Assembly (NCBI GenBank): GCA_963932905.1
Contig: CAWVRN010000023.1
Span: 1 to 64,000, forward strand
DNA: 64,000 nt
Reading direction: 5' to 3'
Origin: an uncultured Bdellovibrio sp.
Lineage (GTDB): Bacteria; Bdellovibrionota; Bdellovibrionia; Bdellovibrionales; Bdellovibrionaceae
Translations under genes and position numbers: made by a program
Part shown: piece after piece, positions 60,339-64,000 of the stretch
Numbering within the stretch: the first letter of the stretch is position 1
Layout: each line of letters opens with the position of its first letter
The notes under the pieces: generated by a model
What the model was told of the DNA's origin: nothing
Databases searched by the model: none
What the model saw: the letters and a program-made list of their open reading frames with translations, nothing else

Positions 60339-60467
60339 AGGTAAAACATATAACTTTAGCCCAGGGCCGAGTCAATAGGTCCTACGGACTCCGGTCTTAT
60401 ATTTGGCGAGAATCAGGATAAAACCTCTTAAAGCCTGAAAAATTTAGTTATACTGAAAGGCAAAGGG

Positions 60468-61568
60468 GTGCCCATGCTAGAAGGACCTAAGATTCCGAAT
60501 GAAAAAGAATTTGAAAAAGTGCTGGAGTTTCTAAACCATAAGCTGCGCCCCGAGCATGGTTGGTCTATCGATAAAGAATATCCTACGGCACTTAATTTGG
60601 CCAATAGACATAATATGAATATCGTAGTCAGTGAAGATCGCGTTGTTTCCCATGCTGTATTAAAACCATTAATCGTTAAATCGCCTCATCTAATTTATAA
60701 AGTCGGTGCTATTGGTTCTGTGGTGACAGATGAAGAGTTTCGCAACCAGGGATTGTCTCATAAGATTTTGAACGAATCCTTAAATTTAGCCAAACAGCAA
60801 AACTGTGATGTGGCGATTTTGTGGACAAACTTATATGATTTCTATCGCAAGTTAGGTTTTGAATTGGGTGGTTATGAAATTTCACTCAGTTTCGAAAAAA
60901 CAATGGCTTATGACTACACTCAGTATAAATATTCAAAAGATAAAAACGTCAGTGTGGAAGCCCTAGCCAAGATTTATTCACAACACTCTGTTGCTACCAT
61001 TCGTTCACAAGACGAATTTAGAAAGTTCTTATCAATTCCTAACACTCAGCTTTATACGATTTGGAATCTGAACGGTACATTAGCGGGTTATGCTATTGAA
61101 GGTAAAGGCGCCGATCTAAGTAACTACATCCACGAATGGGGTGGTTCTGTGACGGCGATTAAGAATTTATTAGCCTATATCAGCCACGTTAAGAATCGTC
61201 CTTTTCATTTTATTGCCCCAAGACATTCTGTAAATCTAATCAACGAGCTTAGAAAGTACGCAGATTATGTGAATGAAGGGTATTTAGGAATGATTCGCAT
61301 TACTAATTTTGAAGGCTTGGCGATGAAAATCAAAAAAGCGTTCCGTAATGTGGGTGTATCTGATTTCGTGTTTGAAAAAAATGAAGCCGGAATTTTATTT
61401 GGCTGCAATGGGGATTTATATACGATTGAGTCTGAAAAAGATTTGATCCCATTGTTGTTTGGGCCAATCGATTTTGACACTCAGGATATTTTTAAGCCTG
61501 AGACCGCGCAAAAATTAAAAACACTTTTGCCATTACCACTGTGGATTTGGGGTTGGGATTCAGTATGA
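60468..61568 (+). CDS. GNAT (Eis-like) acetyltransferase
   Basis: IGSVVTDEEFRNQGL acetyl-CoA motif, FYRKLGF. Confidence 0.85.
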   Translation: MPMLEGPKIPNEKEFEKVLEFLNHKLRPEHGWSIDKEYPTALNLANRHNMNIVVSEDRVVSHAVLKPLIVKSPHLIYKVGAIGSVVTDEEFRNQGLSHKILNESLNLAKQQNCDVAILWTNLYDFYRKLGFELGGYEISLSFEKTMAYDYTQYKYSKDKNVSVEALAKIYSQHSVATIRSQDEFRKFLSIPNTQLYTIWNLNGTLAGYAIEGKGADLSNYIHEWGGSVTAIKNLLAYISHVKNRPFHFIAPRHSVNLINELRKYADYVNEGYLGMIRITNFEGLAMKIKKAFRNVGVSDFVFEKNEAGILFGCNGDLYTIESEKDLIPLLFGPIDFDTQDIFKPETAQKLKTLLPLPLWIWGWDSV

Positions 61569-62362
61569 AGTTTGTCTGTTTTCTGGCTGTATTTTTCGTT
61601 TTATCATCGTGCAATCAGAATAAAAAATTAGAAGAAGATTTAGGCGCAAAAGTCAGCGCTGACCAGTATGAAAAAGCAGTTGTCGAAGCTTGGGGTGACG
61701 ATAATATTCTGACGATCAAGAAAGATGATTATGCTTACATTGAAAAAAGCATTTCATTGAATTATGGGCCAATGCAAAAGTCATTTGGTAAAGCTATGAC
61801 GGTGACAAGCATTGAAACCGAAGCCGATATCGTTAAACATCACCTAGTGATTCAATCAGAAGAAATTCAAAGCGGAACTCAGTCAAAGTTATCGTCTCGT
61901 GAACGCATTCTTTCTGTGAAGAAGGCGACGGCAGCATCGCAAGCACTGTCGACAACTGTTAAGCTTGAAAACTTAGAAGACGAAATTCAAGCGACACCTT
62001 TTGAAAACTTTTTGGATACTTTGGGTTTATGTGCCGTTCAAACGATCGAGTGCTATAGTTTGAAAGTGGAAAACTTTGAGGAAGCGGTTCCAGCGGAAGT
62101 AGCTAACAACAACTGTCGTTCCTTTGAAGGTTGCAAATGGAAAGGTAAAAAAGTTTCCTTTGTCGTACGGATTCCTTATAAAGAAGATGGATCTGACGAA
62201 GTTAAAAAGCAAAACAACATCATTTCTTTCAAGATCGTTCATAACATGCCTTACCTGTTCAAGATGGTAGAGTATTGTTTTGAGGGCCTTTCTGAATATC
62301 AAAACCAGAAATTCCCGGTCAAAGTCTGTACTCAAGTCAAAGATACGATTAAGGGACAATAA
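61565..62362 (+). CDS. Hypothetical lipoprotein
   Basis: Lipobox LSSC; ATGA-coupled to the GNAT gene; 6 further Cys. Confidence 0.7.
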   Translation: MKFVCFLAVFFVLSSCNQNKKLEEDLGAKVSADQYEKAVVEAWGDDNILTIKKDDYAYIEKSISLNYGPMQKSFGKAMTVTSIETEADIVKHHLVIQSEEIQSGTQSKLSSRERILSVKKATAASQALSTTVKLENLEDEIQATPFENFLDTLGLCAVQTIECYSLKVENFEEAVPAEVANNNCRSFEGCKWKGKKVSFVVRIPYKEDGSDEVKKQNNIISFKIVHNMPYLFKMVEYCFEGLSEYQNQKFPVKVCTQVKDTIKGQ

Positions 62363-62379
62363 TTAAAACTTAGGTCTAT

Positions 62380-62406
62380 TCAGTTTGTATCATTGCTAGC
62401 CGATCT
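62380..62406 (+). promoter_or_regulatory. Putative sigma28 promoter
   Basis: TCAG-N15-GCCGATCT, 8 nt before ATG 62415. Confidence 0.45.
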
Positions 62407-62414
62407 GGTTAGTA

Positions 62415-62789
62415 ATGAATATCAAGAGTGTGCTTAACCCTAATGCGATAAATTCGGTCAAGAATGTCGAAAGAGCGGAACGAACGATTCAATCCGATTC
62501 GACTCATGATCGTGATCCTAGTAGTAATTCTGGCTATGATCAAAATCGTAAAAATCAGCAACCTCTGACTGAAGAGGAAATCCAGCAAGCTTTAGATCAT
62601 TTAAAAGGTTTACCTTTTGTGAAAGAGCATGGGTGGATCATTGAAGTGTTGACTGAAGGCAACCTCAGATTCGTGTTGGTGAAGGACTCGGCGGGTACAT
62701 TAATTCGTCGATTTCCTGAAAGTGACCTGCGTACTTTGCCCGTGGATCTAGACGATAAAAAAGGTCAGCTTCTTAAAAAAACAGCCTGA
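62415..62789 (+). CDS. FlaG-like protein
   Basis: EEIQQALDHL...VLVKDSAGTLIRRFPESDL resembles the FlaG V-x-D-x-x-G-E-V-I-R-x-I-P pattern; sigma28-like promoter. Confidence 0.55.
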   Translation: MNIKSVLNPNAINSVKNVERAERTIQSDSTHDRDPSSNSGYDQNRKNQQPLTEEEIQQALDHLKGLPFVKEHGWIIEVLTEGNLRFVLVKDSAGTLIRRFPESDLRTLPVDLDDKKGQLLKKTA

Positions 62790-62792
62790 ATC

Positions 62793-62808
62793 TGGCGCTG
62801 TTCCTGCA
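62793..62808 (+). promoter_or_regulatory. Putative sigma54 promoter of the secreted RelA/SpoT-domain gene
   Basis: TGGCGC-TGTTC-CTGCA (GG-N10-GC), 14 nt before ATG. Confidence 0.45.
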
Positions 62809-62822
62809 AAATTAAGTAAATT

Positions 62823-63944
62823 ATGAAATTTGGAGTACGTAAGTCGCTCTATAGTACATTTGCTGTGATTTTACTGTCATTATTTTTGACACCGATGACC
62901 TCTTTTGGAGACCCATTATCTTGTTATTTCTTCTATAATCCAAAAGCCCCCCAGCAGTTTATTCAAAATGCTAATCTTTCTGATTTAGCTCGCATACAAG
63001 GGGAGTGGTTTGAGATCGTTGTGCCTACTCAAAATGGCAATCGAACGAGTTTTGAGTACAAATTAGTATCTGACTGGAAACATGTCGAAGAGTCGTTTGA
63101 GGGTATTAATATTAACGATCGCGGTTTTGCAAAGGCAAAACTGGATGAATATGTAAAAGGTTTTCGAAATATCACTCGCCACTTTTCTACGATTGCAAGA
63201 ATATACGGTGCTTCGATGAAAACTCGAATTAAAGATATTCAATCTTTAAGAAATAAAATTATTGATCGCGCTAAAGACTATACCCTTGAAGGCAAAATTT
63301 TTACTTTCGAGCGACTCGATGATTTTATTGGTGTGCGATTGATGTTAGAACCAGATTCTGAATTGTTGGTACCGGGCAATCCTCAAAGTCCTGATGTTCG
63401 TAGGCGTTTTAGGAATCAATTAGGATTTGGAAACGATCAAGCCATCGAAAAAATTGAATTCAAAGGTGGTATTGAGGATCAACAAAAAGAGCGATTCTAT
63501 CGAGCTGTTCATGTGACTGTACGAATGCCTGATGGAATTCCTGTTGAAGTCCAATTAATGTCTAAAAGTACTGCTATCTGGCATCAGTGGGATCATCCCA
63601 AAGTGTACAAGGCAAAAACTGGAAATCCGGGGGAAAGGGCCAAGCTTAAATATTATTCGACCTTCTGGATTCGTTTAATCAATACCTTGGAAGATAACCG
63701 CGGCGCATTTGAACAAGCTCATGAAATATGGGCGTTGTTAGAACTCTACGGTTTTCCTGTTCAGCCGCGGCCCATGAGACTGGGCCCTGGTTGGTTCATG
63801 GACTTGGATAGTTCCATCGCTAATTGGCTAGCATTACCCGCTTCGGATCGTTTCTTGGGGCGCGAAAGTGCGCTGTCGCAGTCGGCCCAACGTCAGCTCT
63901 TCCGTCATCTGCTGGACTCTAGGAATTTTCACATTTCCAAGTAA
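62823..63944 (+). CDS. RelA/SpoT synthetase-domain protein (small alarmone synthetase-like) with N-terminal signal peptide
   Basis: RIKDIQSLRNK, DDFIGVR, YRAVH, EVQ, W..WDH..YK; N-terminus MKFGVRK + hydrophobic h-region + SFG|D. Confidence 0.8.
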   Translation: MKFGVRKSLYSTFAVILLSLFLTPMTSFGDPLSCYFFYNPKAPQQFIQNANLSDLARIQGEWFEIVVPTQNGNRTSFEYKLVSDWKHVEESFEGININDRGFAKAKLDEYVKGFRNITRHFSTIARIYGASMKTRIKDIQSLRNKIIDRAKDYTLEGKIFTFERLDDFIGVRLMLEPDSELLVPGNPQSPDVRRRFRNQLGFGNDQAIEKIEFKGGIEDQQKERFYRAVHVTVRMPDGIPVEVQLMSKSTAIWHQWDHPKVYKAKTGNPGERAKLKYYSTFWIRLINTLEDNRGAFEQAHEIWALLELYGFPVQPRPMRLGPGWFMDLDSSIANWLALPASDRFLGRESALSQSAQRQLFRHLLDSRNFHISK

Positions 63945-64000
63945 AAACAATAACATAAGACTTTTCTCTTGCATAATTTTTAATAACTATGCTAAACATC

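Noticed and set aside
2329..62359. Numerous short antisense or overlapping ORFs in the track
   Set aside because: They overlap well-supported genes and lack motifs or RBS; treated as shadow ORFs

Overview
This is a ~64 kb bacterial chromosomal window, most likely from Bdellovibrionota (a predatory Bdellovibrio/Pseudobdellovibrio-like organism). That assignment is an inference from the flgM-flgN-flgK-flgL...csrA-fliW gene order, a membrane-bound PilZ protein and the many secreted hydrolases and orphan signal-peptide proteins. Core content: livKHMGF, menB-menA-menC-menE, a short asparaginase, late flagellar genes, rarD, suhB, a SPOR protein, uvrD/pcrA, recX-alaS, a polyprenyl synthase, rsmJ, citrate synthase, HIT, cheD, a 3-hydroxybutyrate dehydrogenase-like SDR, an MCP, nth, ferredoxin and a GNAT. 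Accessory segments: an AT-rich block at 1-1.9 kb, an XRE/signal-peptidase/repeat-protein insertion between flgL and csrA, a CheB-CheR hybrid kinase island (21.2-28.3 kb) and an S41-fusion/orphan pair (53.5-56.9 kb). I saw no rRNA, tRNA, CRISPR array or transposase. Most notable: (1) a RelA/SpoT-type small alarmone synthetase domain behind a Sec-type signal peptide (62823-63944), a candidate prey-directed effector; (2) two copies of a structured GC-rich element with a 50-nt core (47/50 identical) closed by unrelated ~20-bp outer stems, upstream of csrA and flgK, with AGGGA in a hairpin loop; (3) several apparent pseudo-enzymes (L,D-transpeptidase, PP2C/SpoIIE, ALDH); (4) a secreted protein of six 35-aa two-Cys repeats; (5) a triple operator phased at 21 bp. 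All protein calls come from motifs recognised by eye, not from database searches.
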